From Acidobacteriota bacterium (lineage in GTDB: Bacteria > Acidobacteriota > UBA890 > WLXD01), in contig CAXWPH010000015.1 in NCBI GenBank assembly GCA_963666055.2, positions 96,001-160,000 on the forward strand: 64,000 nucleotides of DNA, written 5' to 3'. Below, in pieces: positions 32,963-41,824 of this stretch. The notes beneath the pieces are model-generated. The model was not told where the DNA came from and made no database searches. It saw only the letters and a program-made list of their open reading frames with translations. Positions within the stretch are counted from its first letter, which is position 1. Each line of letters starts with the position of its first letter. The position numbers and the translations under genes are program-made.

Positions 32963-32980
32963 CAGGCCGTGGTGAAAGTG
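32959..32980 (+). repeat. Solo terminal repeat of the CTAG-flanked MITE-like family
   Basis: CTAGCAGGCCGTGGTGAAAGTG is identical to 59476-59497. Its TAG is the ALDH stop codon. Confidence 0.8.
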
Positions 32981-33022
32981 TTGTGGGCCTTTTTCGTAAC
33001 GCCGGGAAGGTGAGGTATTCGC

Positions 33023-33403
33023 ATGGATGAAGGACTGTTCGAGAAAGGCTTACAGAACCGTCGCGCCACTCTGGGAAAGGACTATGTGGATCAGAGCCTG
33101 GCCAACGCCGACTCCCTCACGCGCCCCTTCCAGGAGGCCATGACGGCTTGGTGCTGGGGTTTTGGATGGGGCGACGAGGCGATCGATGCGAAAACACGCT
33201 CGATGATGAACCTGGCGATGATCGGCGCCCTGGGCAAGATGCATGAATGGGAGCTGCACTGCCGCGGCGCAATCGACAACGGCGTGAGCTTCGAGGAGAT
33301 CCGCGCCATCATCCATGTGGTGGGGATCTATTGCGGCGTCCCGCAGGCGCTCGAGTGCTTCCGTGTGGCGCGCCAGGTGCTGGAAGAGCGCGACATGATC
33401 TAG
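33023..33403 (+). CDS. Carboxymuconolactone decarboxylase family protein
   Basis: GLQNRRATLG.DYV, RSMMNLAM, H.RGA..NGV, IYCGVP. Confidence 0.85.
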   Translation: MDEGLFEKGLQNRRATLGKDYVDQSLANADSLTRPFQEAMTAWCWGFGWGDEAIDAKTRSMMNLAMIGALGKMHEWELHCRGAIDNGVSFEEIRAIIHVVGIYCGVPQALECFRVARQVLEERDMI

Positions 33404-33541
33404 AATAAACCTGTCTTCGGAGCCAACGTGGGGTGGTATCCGACGCCGAGGCCGGCAACATCGGTCGGCGTCGCGATGCCGGGAGGCAACCGCACGAATG
33501 AAGGCTCTCGAAGTGGCGCTGACCCCGTCACCGGATGGACC

Positions 33542-34429
33542 ATGCAGAGCCTCCGTTGGAAATTCACCGTGCCGATCGACGTGCAGCCACCCCAGCAGGG
33601 AGCAACGAGCAACCTGATATATCTGCCTGTCGCCGCCCTGGTTGCGATTGCGCTGCTGCTATCGGGCAACCCGACACCGGCTACCGAAGGGCCACTCGAC
33701 GCAGCGGAGCAGACTCCGTCGTTCGGCGGCGGTCTACGCTCCATCGTGCTGGACCCGGGTCACGGCGGCCGGGCGGCGGGAGCACCGGGCATCGGCGGCC
33801 TCGCGGAGAAAGACATAACCCTCGATGTCGCCGTGCGCCTGCGCGAGCTGATCTATCGGCGCCTCGGTCTACAGGTGTTCATGACGCGCGAGGACGACGT
33901 CGACCTGGACCTGGATACGCGCACCGAGAAGGCCAACAACTGGCAGGCTGACCTATTCGTGTCCATCCACGTCAACGCCTACCGAATCAGGAACGTGCGC
34001 GGCCCGGAGACCTATTTCCTCTCCGATGCGGCAAGCGACACGATCGCCAGCAGCGTGGCGCAACGCGAGAACGGTGGCGGACCGCAGGCGGTCCGCGGCG
34101 TTGACGGGCAGGCGCTGGAGTTCATCCTGTGGGATCTGGCCCACACCCAGCACTTGCGCGAAAGCAGCCTCCTGGCGGAGGAGATCCAGCAGTCGATGAA
34201 CAGCGTATGGCACCTACGCGACCGGGGCGTCAAACAGGCTCCGCTCCGCGTCCTCAAGGGCGCCACGATGCCCGCCGTGCTAGTCGAGCTGGGCTACCTC
34301 TCCAACCCCGACGACGCCGCCATGATCGCCGACCCGGGGTTCCGCCAGCAGCTCGCCGAAGCCCTGTTTCGCGGCATCAACAACTTCCGCCGGCAGCACG
34401 CCGCGCTCGCCGGCGCGGCCAACCCGTAA
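33542..34429 (+). CDS. N-acetylmuramoyl-L-alanine amidase (Amidase_3); start uncertain
   Basis: IVLDPGHGG, EKDITL, FVSIHVNA, PAVLVELGYLSN. Confidence 0.92.
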   Translation: MQSLRWKFTVPIDVQPPQQGATSNLIYLPVAALVAIALLLSGNPTPATEGPLDAAEQTPSFGGGLRSIVLDPGHGGRAAGAPGIGGLAEKDITLDVAVRLRELIYRRLGLQVFMTREDDVDLDLDTRTEKANNWQADLFVSIHVNAYRIRNVRGPETYFLSDAASDTIASSVAQRENGGGPQAVRGVDGQALEFILWDLAHTQHLRESSLLAEEIQQSMNSVWHLRDRGVKQAPLRVLKGATMPAVLVELGYLSNPDDAAMIADPGFRQQLAEALFRGINNFRRQHAALAGAANP

Positions 34430-34453
34430 GGTCGCGCGGCATGCACAACCGGC

Positions 34454-35074
34454 ATGGCCTCTAACGCTCGCTCGCTCCCATTTCGGGTAGGCGTTATCGC
34501 CGCCACGATCACCATCGGCCTCGCCTTGCTGTTGCTGGTGGTAAATCGTCTGGGGCGACCCGCTGCGCCGAGCGCGGCGCTCACCGACGATCCCAGCGCC
34601 GATGCAGCCCTGGGCGCCAGTCCTGACACGCCGCCGCCTGATGAAGCGGCCCAGATAGCCACCGAGTCCGTGACCCTACAGCTGTTCCTGATCGATTCCG
34701 CGAATCGCCGCCTGGTGCCGCGTATCCAGCGCCTCGAGGCGCCGCTGACGCTCGCGGCCAAGGCTCAGCTGGCAATCGAGCAGCTGATCGCCACGCCGGG
34801 CTCACCGTTGCCCCGGGGAACCGAAGTGCGCGAGGTCTGGGTGTCGACGGCGGGCATCGCCTACGTCGACTTCGGTGCCAATCTACCGATCTCGATGCCC
34901 AAGGGAAGCCTGGCGGAGATCCATGCCGTCTATGGGGTCGTGGGCACGTTGACGACATCGTTCCCGCAGATAAGGGCGGTGCAGTTCCTCGTCGACGGCA
35001 GCAGCGTGGATACGCTCACCGGCCATTTTGACCTCGCCGGGCCGATACTCCCCCATGGCGATTGGCTCTACTAG
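34454..35074 (+). CDS. GerMN-domain membrane-anchored protein
   Basis: N-terminal TM, AYVDF, GSLAEIHAVYGVVGTL, VQFLVDG..VDTL.GH.DL. Confidence 0.85.
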   Translation: MASNARSLPFRVGVIAATITIGLALLLLVVNRLGRPAAPSAALTDDPSADAALGASPDTPPPDEAAQIATESVTLQLFLIDSANRRLVPRIQRLEAPLTLAAKAQLAIEQLIATPGSPLPRGTEVREVWVSTAGIAYVDFGANLPISMPKGSLAEIHAVYGVVGTLTTSFPQIRAVQFLVDGSSVDTLTGHFDLAGPILPHGDWLY

Positions 35075-35131
35075 CAGAGGTTCGTTACGTATCGTGGCGC
35101 GCACCAAGCCCGCTACCTCGAAGCTGGCGCG

Positions 35132-35776
35132 ATGAGCGGCGCGGCGTCGCGGCCAGGCAACAGCGCACGTACCGAGCTGCTCATCGGCACCCACAACCGC
35201 GGCAAGGTCGAGGAGATCGCTGCGCTGCTCGCGGCGGGGCCTTGGCGGTGCCGCGCACTGCCGGAGGGAGCTGACGAGTACCCAGAGAGCGGCGACACAT
35301 TCGCCGAAAACGCCCGAGGCAAGGCGCTGTACTACGCCCGGCTGACCGGGTCCGTCACGCTCGCCGACGATTCGGGTCTGGAGATCGACGCCCTGGATGG
35401 GGATCCGGGAGTCTACTCCGCCCGTTATATCGACCCGGAGTTGTCGCAGCGGCAACGTAATCTCGCCGTGCTCGAACGTCTTGCCGGTGTCGCCGAGACG
35501 GACCGCGGCGCACAGTTCGTGTGCCATGTTGTACTGGCGCGCCCCGATGCACTGGTATGCGAGCACCGCGGCGTCTGTACCGGCCGCATTACACGGCAGC
35601 CGCACGGTGAAGGAGGGTTCGGATATGACCCGATCTTCCGAGCCACGGGTGATACGCGCACTTTTGCGGAGCTGACACGCGAGGAAAAATCACAGCGCTC
35701 ACATCGCGGCAAGGCAATCGCTGCGATGATCGAGTTCCTGCAAGGCTGGACCGCGGGTTCGGAGTCCGGCTCGTAG
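35132..35776 (+). CDS. rdgB: Non-canonical purine NTP pyrophosphatase (RdgB/HAM1)
   Basis: THNRGK, TFAENARGKA, ADDSGL, FGYDPIF, SHR. Confidence 0.93.
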   Translation: MSGAASRPGNSARTELLIGTHNRGKVEEIAALLAAGPWRCRALPEGADEYPESGDTFAENARGKALYYARLTGSVTLADDSGLEIDALDGDPGVYSARYIDPELSQRQRNLAVLERLAGVAETDRGAQFVCHVVLARPDALVCEHRGVCTGRITRQPHGEGGFGYDPIFRATGDTRTFAELTREEKSQRSHRGKAIAAMIEFLQGWTAGSESGS

Positions 35777-35820
35777 CATGAGGCAACTCTTCGCGGCGTT
35801 GTATCCTGAGCGCTGTACGG

Positions 35821-35894
35821 CGGGGTGTGGCGCAGCTTGGAAGCGCACCTGCTTTGGGAGCAGGGGGCCGGAGGTTCAAATCCTCTCACCCCGA
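35821..35894 (+). tRNA. tRNA-Pro(TGG); CCA not encoded
   Basis: Acceptor stem CGGGGTG/CACCCCG, anticodon arm CCTGC-TTTGGGA-GCAGG, T-arm GGAGG-TTCAAAT-CCTCT. Confidence 0.95.
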
Positions 35895-35902
35895 CTTGGG
35901 CA

Positions 35903-35950
35903 GCGGCCGGCTCGAGGCGCCTCCAAAGGGCGCGGGCCGGTCGCGGCTTT
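35903..35950 (+). terminator. GC-rich hairpin downstream of the tRNA, possible terminator
   Basis: GCGGCCGGCTCG pairs with CGGGCCGGTCGC (12 bp including G-U pairs). The U tract is weak. Confidence 0.35.
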
Positions 35951-35971
35951 CGCTGGCGAGGAGTCGGAGCG

Positions 35972-35997
35972 CTAAGCAGGCCGTGGGGGAAGTGTGG
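35972..35997 (+). repeat. Degenerate terminal repeat of the MITE-like family
   Basis: CTAAGCAGGCCGTGGGGGAAGTGTGG. Confidence 0.65.
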
Positions 35998-36003
35998 CTG
36001 CTG

Positions 36004-37209
36004 CTAGCCGAGCTTCCTGAGGATCATGCACTTGAGGTAACGGCTCTCCGGCATGCCGATGCGAATCGGGTGATCGCGGCTTTGGCCTCGCCGCTCCACC
36101 AGCACCAGCTCGGCGCGCACGTCGGCGGCTGCCGCCTCGATCACTGCCAGGAACGCCGACTCGCTGAGATGGTATGAGCAGCTCGAGGTCACCAGGTAAC
36201 CACCGGGCCGCAGTAGCTTCATGGCCCGCAGGTTGATCTCCTTGTAGCCACCTAGCGCACCCTTCAGCGCCGCCTTGTTCTTGGCAAACGCCGGAGGATC
36301 GAGGACGATCGTATCGAAGGTCTCGCCCCGATCGCTCAGCTGGCGCAAATGGTCGAAGGCGTTGACGGCACGTGCATCGAGCGTTACGTCATTGATTTCG
36401 GCGTTGTGTCGCATCGCTGCCACGGCGTCATCGGAAATATCCAGCGCGATCACCTCGTCGCACCGCGAAGCAAGCTGCAGCGAGAACGCTCCGTGGTAGG
36501 CGAAGCAATCGAGCAGCCGGCCGTGCGCATAGTTGCGCGCCGCAGCGCGATTCTCGCGTTGATCTAAGAACAGACCGGTCTTCTGTCCGCTTCTCAGGTC
36601 GACCTCCAGGTGAGCGGAACCCTCCCGGATCCGCACTCGACTCGGGATCTCACCGTGCAGCACATCGATGCGCCGCTCCAACCCCTCGAGCAAGCGCACT
36701 CGCCTATCATTGCGCGCCAGGATGGCGGCTGGCGCGACCAACTGCACGAGCAGCTCGGTGATCTCGTCGCAACGTCGATCCACCCCCTGGGCGAGCATCT
36801 GCACGACCAGATAGTCAGCGTACCGATCGACGATCAGCGCCGGCAGTCCGTCGGCCTCCGCGTGCACCAACCGGTAGGCGTCAGCATCGATCTCGAGCGT
36901 CTGGCGGTACGCGATCGCGGCCTCCAAGCGGTCTCGCCACAGCTGGAGATCTGGGCGCGGCCCACGATCACAGAACCGTCGTAGGGCGATCTGCGAAGCA
37001 TCACTGTAGAGCGCGTATCCGACCTGGCGACCTCGCGGTCCCTTGACGCAGACCAGGTCGCCTGCCGCGGCGTGAACCTCTTGTACATCGCTGCGGTAGA
37101 TCCACGGGTGCAGGCCGCGCACGCGCTGCGCGCCGCGACGAGTGAGCACGGCCTCCGGCTGCGGCGGCGTCTTCTCGGATGTCTTACTGGCGGTGGTCAG
37201 TTCGGCCAT
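36004..37209 (-). CDS. rlmI: RlmI-like class I SAM-dependent rRNA m5C methyltransferase
   Basis: HPWIY PUA-like start, EADGLPALIVDRY, GQKTGLFLDQRENR, LDPPAF, TSSCS, YLK. Confidence 0.88.
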   Translation of the reverse strand: MAELTTASKTSEKTPPQPEAVLTRRGAQRVRGLHPWIYRSDVQEVHAAAGDLVCVKGPRGRQVGYALYSDASQIALRRFCDRGPRPDLQLWRDRLEAAIAYRQTLEIDADAYRLVHAEADGLPALIVDRYADYLVVQMLAQGVDRRCDEITELLVQLVAPAAILARNDRRVRLLEGLERRIDVLHGEIPSRVRIREGSAHLEVDLRSGQKTGLFLDQRENRAAARNYAHGRLLDCFAYHGAFSLQLASRCDEVIALDISDDAVAAMRHNAEINDVTLDARAVNAFDHLRQLSDRGETFDTIVLDPPAFAKNKAALKGALGGYKEINLRAMKLLRPGGYLVTSSCSYHLSESAFLAVIEAAAADVRAELVLVERRGQSRDHPIRIGMPESRYLKCMILRKLG

Positions 37210-37221
37210 GGCCGAGCCACA

Positions 37222-37247
37222 CTAGCAGGCTGGGAAGTGCGGCGGGC
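37222..37247 (+). repeat. Degenerate terminal repeat of the MITE-like family
   Basis: CTAGCAGGCTGGGAAGTGCGGCGGGC (internal deletion relative to consensus). Confidence 0.5.
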
Positions 37248-37252
37248 TTCGG

Positions 37253-38320
37253 CTAGTTGTCGTCGCTCCAGTACCGCGAGATCACCTGGCGCATGGCGAC
37301 GCTCGACATCTCGAAGTCGCGCGGTCGGGCATCACCTGGGAACCACTTCCACAGGAAGGCACCCACCACGCTTGGCTCGGCCTGCAGGGCCTCTAACGCG
37401 GCGAGCAGGCAACGACGCTGCAGCTCTTCGGCGTGGGGCCCGCCGACCTCGTAGGCCCACGGCTCGTAGGGGGCCCGCGCCGAGCGATTGTAGCCCAGCT
37501 CGGTGAACACAACGGTCTTGCCGTAGCGTTCGCTGAAGGCGCGCATGCGCTTCATGATGCGGCGCCATCCGGCGTCGAACGCCTCCTGTGGCGGCAGGGC
37601 GGTGGCGTCCCCGGCGCCCGCCTCGAGCACCGGGAAATACGCCTGCACGCCGATGGCGTCGAGAGCGTCCCAGAACGGGATGCGCTGATAGTCGGTCCAG
37701 TTGGCCGCATAAGTAAGCGGCCCATCGTACTCGTCGCGAACGGCGCGAATCACCTCACGCCAGGCGGCCTCGTGGCCGACGGTCTTGTCAAGCTCGGTAC
37801 CTACCGCGAACGCATCCGCGTCGTGGCTGAACCTGGCGATCGCCGCGACCCAAAGGCGGTAGTCGTCGAAGAACCGCTGCCACTCGGCGTCGGTATGGAA
37901 GGAGATCTCGCCCCGCCACGAGAAATTGCCCCAGTACCCCAGATGCGGCTTGATGAAGATCTTCAAGCCCTGTCGATGGGCTTCTTCGATGGGTCGCCGT
38001 AGCCACGTCGGCGCCGTTGTGGCATCGCCCTCGTTGCGCCTCCAGCTCACCGAGCCATCCCGACCGATGCGGGCGTACGGGTGGATGGAGATCCAGTTAA
38101 CCCCGAGCTGCTTGAGCTCGGCAATGGTGCCGACGATGGCATCCTTGCCCCACTCGGCGCTACCGCGCGACGTGGAGACGGTCATGCCGTTGATGTTCTC
38201 GCCCTGTGACGCTGGGCGCGGCGAGCCAACCGTTGCGGTGAGCTCCGCCACCTGCGGAGCCTGGCCGCCAACGAGCAGCAGGCTGATGACGCCTGCCCGG
38301 CAACATCGAGCTGAGACCAT
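37253..38320 (-). CDS. Glycoside hydrolase family 113-like TIM-barrel protein; start uncertain
   Basis: GLKIFIKPH, WRG.I, VGTEL (acid/base), TYAANW, IGVQAYFP, FTELGY (nucleophile). Confidence 0.8.
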   Translation of the reverse strand: MVSARCCRAGVISLLLVGGQAPQVAELTATVGSPRPASQGENINGMTVSTSRGSAEWGKDAIVGTIAELKQLGVNWISIHPYARIGRDGSVSWRRNEGDATTAPTWLRRPIEEAHRQGLKIFIKPHLGYWGNFSWRGEISFHTDAEWQRFFDDYRLWVAAIARFSHDADAFAVGTELDKTVGHEAAWREVIRAVRDEYDGPLTYAANWTDYQRIPFWDALDAIGVQAYFPVLEAGAGDATALPPQEAFDAGWRRIMKRMRAFSERYGKTVVFTELGYNRSARAPYEPWAYEVGGPHAEELQRRCLLAALEALQAEPSVVGAFLWKWFPGDARPRDFEMSSVAMRQVISRYWSDDN

Positions 38321-38393
38321 GATCGCCGAGGTTATCACCCGGCGTTTCGTTGGCGACACCGCTCGCTCTCGCGGCGGCTTCCGCAACCATCTT

Positions 38394-38419
38394 GCAACCC
38401 GGCGACGGTGCCTGGCGTC
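38394..38419 (+). promoter_or_regulatory. Candidate ECF sigma-factor promoter
   Basis: GCAAC-N17-CGTC about 100 nt upstream of the DUF4097 gene. Confidence 0.45.
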
Positions 38420-38520
38420 CAACCAGTAGAGGCGGCGCGGCGCCAGGGCGCGCGGACGTAAGCTGCCCGGAGGCGTGGTCGGCAACGAGGCGCGGCGCAT
38501 TCGAGATGAAGGAGGAGACC

Positions 38521-39540
38521 ATGCAACACAGTCGTTCGTCAGGTTTGTTTCGAGTGGGAGTCGCTGCCGCGGTTAGCGCCACCGCCCTGATACTGGCGAC
38601 GCCAAGCTACGCGCAAGGAACACGCGAGCTGGTCATGTCAGCCGAATTCGACACCCGGCCGGGCGCCCGCCTGACAATCGACGTTGCGGACGCCGACGTG
38701 CTACTGCGTAATGGTGGCTCCGATCGCGTCGGGTTCGAGGTGTATCTCAGGGCAGGCAACATGGAGCGTGGTCGGGCCAGGTTCGAGGCCATGAACTTCC
38801 GCGCCGACGGTACCGCCAACGAGGTAAGCCTGCGGGCCGACGGCGAACACGGCGTCGGCTGGGATTGGCGCGACTGGGGCGGTTTCGCGATCACGGTCGA
38901 GGTCACCGTGCCCGAAGAGTACGACGCTGACGTGCGCACCGAAGACGGTGACGTGGCGGTGCAGAGCCTGCGGGGCGATGTGCGGTTGCGATCGTCCGAC
39001 GGCGACATCAGCGCGCAGAGCCTTACGGGCGACGTCGTCATCCGCACTTCCGACGGCGACATTGGCGTGCGCCGGATTATCGGCGGCCAGATCGAGATCA
39101 GCACCTCCGATGGTGATGTGAGCCTGGGCCAGTTGCAGGCGACGCGTATCGTGATCGACACCTCGGATGGAGACATCAGCGGCGATCGACTGGCCGCCGA
39201 GGGCATCGAGCTCCACACCAGCGACGGTGACATCGTGGTGAGCGCAGTTGCCGGACCGATCGACGCGCGAACCAACGACGGCAGCATTCACGTCGGCATC
39301 GAACAGCTGGGCGAGACCAGCCTGAGCACCGGCGAAGGCAACATCACGATCCGCGCCACGCAGGAGCTGGCGGCCGATTTGGACCTGCGCGGCGAAGACC
39401 TGTCGATGCGCAACGAGGTGCGCTTCGACGGCACGCTGGATCGCCGCGTCATCCGCGGGTCACTGAACGGCGGCGGGCCCAGCCTCACCGCCCGGGCTCG
39501 CGACGGCAGCATCGTGTTGCGCCTCCGCGCACCAGAGTAA
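38521..39540 (+). CDS. DUF4097 beta-strand repeat (adhesin-like) exported protein
   Basis: GGAGGAG RBS, signal peptide, tandem T/S-S/E-DGD-I/V repeats, LNGGGP end motif. Confidence 0.85.
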   Translation: MQHSRSSGLFRVGVAAAVSATALILATPSYAQGTRELVMSAEFDTRPGARLTIDVADADVLLRNGGSDRVGFEVYLRAGNMERGRARFEAMNFRADGTANEVSLRADGEHGVGWDWRDWGGFAITVEVTVPEEYDADVRTEDGDVAVQSLRGDVRLRSSDGDISAQSLTGDVVIRTSDGDIGVRRIIGGQIEISTSDGDVSLGQLQATRIVIDTSDGDISGDRLAAEGIELHTSDGDIVVSAVAGPIDARTNDGSIHVGIEQLGETSLSTGEGNITIRATQELAADLDLRGEDLSMRNEVRFDGTLDRRVIRGSLNGGGPSLTARARDGSIVLRLRAPE

Positions 39541-39660
39541 GCGCAGCGATCGATCGACCCGGGTGAGGGATCGCCGGCTCAGCTGACCGTCGGAGGCCGG
39601 ATGTCGCTTCGACTTTCCGAACCCGGAGTACCGCTGAAGTAGGCTTTGGGCTCCGATACC

Positions 39661-40572
39661 TCAGCGTCGACCGTCGATCCAGGCGTCGATGAGGCTGCGC
39701 GAGATCGAGATCTCGGGCGACAGGCGTAGCTCGCCCGCCTCGACCGCCGCGACGATCTGCTCGCGAGTGAACCAACGTGCGTCCTCGAGCTCCTCATCGC
39801 CGAGCGTGATCGTGTCGGACTCGGCCACAGCGCTGAACCCGAGCATCAGCGATGCCGGGAACGGCCAGGGCTGCGCGCTGACGTAGCGGACATCGTCACA
39901 AACAATACCCGTCTCCTCCAGCACCTCGCGACGTACGGCATCTTCGAGGCTCTCGCCGGGCTCGACGAAGCCGGCAAGCACCGAGTACCAGCGCTTCGGC
40001 CACGACGCCTGCCGGCCGAGGAGAATCCGTTCGCCGTGTTCTACCCGAACGATGATCGCCGGATCGGTGCGGGGAAAATGCTGGCGAGCGCAGCCGGTGT
40101 TGCTGCAACGCCGTAGCCAACCCCCGTTCAGCGAGTCAGTGGGGGCACCGCACGAGCCGCAGAACCGATGCGTGGCGTGCCAATGAGCTACGGCGCGCGC
40201 GTAGGCAAGCAGGCCGGCGTGCTCCGGTGCCATCACCGGACCGAGCTGACGCAGGTCGCCGAAGGTTGCGCCGCCCTCGAGCCACGACGGGTCGGGATCG
40301 GGCCTGTCCGGAAGCAACACGGCGAAGCAGGCAAGATCGCCCTCGGCCAAGCCAAGGAAGACGGATTCCTGCGGCGCGACCGGCGGCGGCAACTCCGTTG
40401 CGCGCAGCAGTCCGGCGGCTGGCGCGTCGCCCGTGGTCACCAGACTGCGATCCCGCCATACCGGCAAGAACACCGATGTCGGGTCGGCGGCTCGCTGCTG
40501 GAGCCACGCCTTGTTCAGCCGCATTTGGGCGGCCCGATCGATCCACGAGCTTGAATAGAAGTGGTGCGTCAC
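39661..40572 (-). CDS. nudC: NAD(+)/NADH diphosphatase
   Basis: Zn ribbon FCGSCG...C..GC, FPRTDPAII, Nudix box GFVEPGESLEDAVRREVLEETG, AQPWPFPASLM. Confidence 0.93.
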   Translation of the reverse strand: MTHHFYSSSWIDRAAQMRLNKAWLQQRAADPTSVFLPVWRDRSLVTTGDAPAAGLLRATELPPPVAPQESVFLGLAEGDLACFAVLLPDRPDPDPSWLEGGATFGDLRQLGPVMAPEHAGLLAYARAVAHWHATHRFCGSCGAPTDSLNGGWLRRCSNTGCARQHFPRTDPAIIVRVEHGERILLGRQASWPKRWYSVLAGFVEPGESLEDAVRREVLEETGIVCDDVRYVSAQPWPFPASLMLGFSAVAESDTITLGDEELEDARWFTREQIVAAVEAGELRLSPEISISRSLIDAWIDGRR

Positions 40573-40578
40573 ATGTCC

Positions 40579-40585
40579 TATCGTA
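40579..40585. promoter_or_regulatory. Candidate bidirectional -10 element driving two leaderless genes
   Basis: TATCGTA. Plus strand: TATCGT, 7 nt, ATG 40592. Minus strand: TACGAT, 7 nt, GTG 40572. Confidence 0.55.
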
Positions 40586-40591
40586 CCTGCC

Positions 40592-41743
40592 ATGCCTACG
40601 TACCCTGGCGTAGCTCGCTCAGTAGCCGGCATGGAGGGCTCCCTGTTCTCCAAGCTGGCCGGCCGTCTCAAGACCCTGAAAGGCGAGATATACCCACTTC
40701 ATGTCGGGGACACGTGGATGGAACCGGCGGACGGGTGCCGCATGCAGGATCTGCGGGTCGAGGAGCACGCCGGGATGCACCGTTACGCTTCGCCGCACGG
40801 GATGCCGCTGCTGCTCGAGCGCGTCGTCGAGCGACATCGAGCCAACACCGCCGTCGATACGACGCCCCAAAACGTGCTCATCACCGCCGGCGCCACCGGG
40901 GGGTTGGGGGCAGCTATCGGTGCGACGATCGATCCCGGCGAGGAGGTGCTGCTGCTCGCCCCCTACTGGCCGCTTATTGCAGGGATCGTCAAGTCGTTCT
41001 CAGCACACCCGATCGCAGTGCCGTTCATCGGCCTTGCCGATTCACCCGACGCCGCGGTCGAGGTGCTCGACGCCAAGCGCACCGAGCGTTGTGCGGCGAT
41101 CTACCTGAGCACACCCAACAACCCGACAGGCCACGTAATTCCGCCGGCAATCGTGGCGGCGGTCGTTGAATGGGCCCAGCGACATGATCTCTGGATACTC
41201 GCCGACGAGGTCTACGAGGACTACGTTTACCGGGGCGAGCACTGCTATGCGCGTACCCTGGCGCCCGAACGAACCTTCTCGGTGCACTCTTTCTCCAAGG
41301 CCTACGGGATGGCGGGCAACCGCTGCGGCTACGTCGTGGGGCCGGCGGAACACATGCGCGAGTTGCGCAAGGTGAGCGTCCACAGCTTCTACAGCACCCC
41401 CACAGCATCACAGATCGCCGCGACGAAGGTGCTCGACGGCCGCGGTGACGCGTGGGTCGCTACGGCGAAACCCTTATACGAGCAACTGGGTGAAGAGATG
41501 GCGGGCATCCTCGGTATGCCAGCTCCGGAGGGCAGCCAGTTCCTCTGGGTAGACGTTGCCGAGAGCCTCGACGAGCGCGGCCTCTTGGGGTTCCTCGAGG
41601 ACTGCCTGGACGACGGCGTTCTGCTGGCGCCGGGGCCCAGCTTCGGACCCTATCCGACCCATGTACGCGCCTGCTTTACAGCAGCCGTCCCGGAGCACAC
41701 GCGACGCGGGATAAAGTTGCTCGCTCAGCACCTGGGCAGGTAA
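40592..41743 (+). CDS. PLP-dependent aminotransferase class I/II
   Basis: ITAGA, PNNPTG, ADEVY, SFSKAYGMAGNRCG. Confidence 0.92.
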   Translation: MPTYPGVARSVAGMEGSLFSKLAGRLKTLKGEIYPLHVGDTWMEPADGCRMQDLRVEEHAGMHRYASPHGMPLLLERVVERHRANTAVDTTPQNVLITAGATGGLGAAIGATIDPGEEVLLLAPYWPLIAGIVKSFSAHPIAVPFIGLADSPDAAVEVLDAKRTERCAAIYLSTPNNPTGHVIPPAIVAAVVEWAQRHDLWILADEVYEDYVYRGEHCYARTLAPERTFSVHSFSKAYGMAGNRCGYVVGPAEHMRELRKVSVHSFYSTPTASQIAATKVLDGRGDAWVATAKPLYEQLGEEMAGILGMPAPEGSQFLWVDVAESLDERGLLGFLEDCLDDGVLLAPGPSFGPYPTHVRACFTAAVPEHTRRGIKLLAQHLGR

Positions 41744-41824
41744 CGCCCGCGGGCTCGGAGAGGAGGGCGCCGAGGAGCCGATGGCTCACTGCGTGGCGGC
41801 GAGCCTCAGCCCTTCCGCCGCGCC

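Noticed and set aside
35821-36003. tRNA-Pro as the attachment site of an integrated element
   Set aside because: No integrase, no duplicated tRNA 3' end noticed in the window, and housekeeping genes continue on both sides.
38930-39290. Periodic TCCGACGGCGAC-like repeats
   Set aside because: They encode the SDGD beta-strand repeats of DUF4097.
41754-41815. GGAGAG...CGCCGAGGAGC...CTCAG resembling a glycine aptamer
   Set aside because: It lies between convergent genes with nothing downstream to regulate, and the stems are poor.
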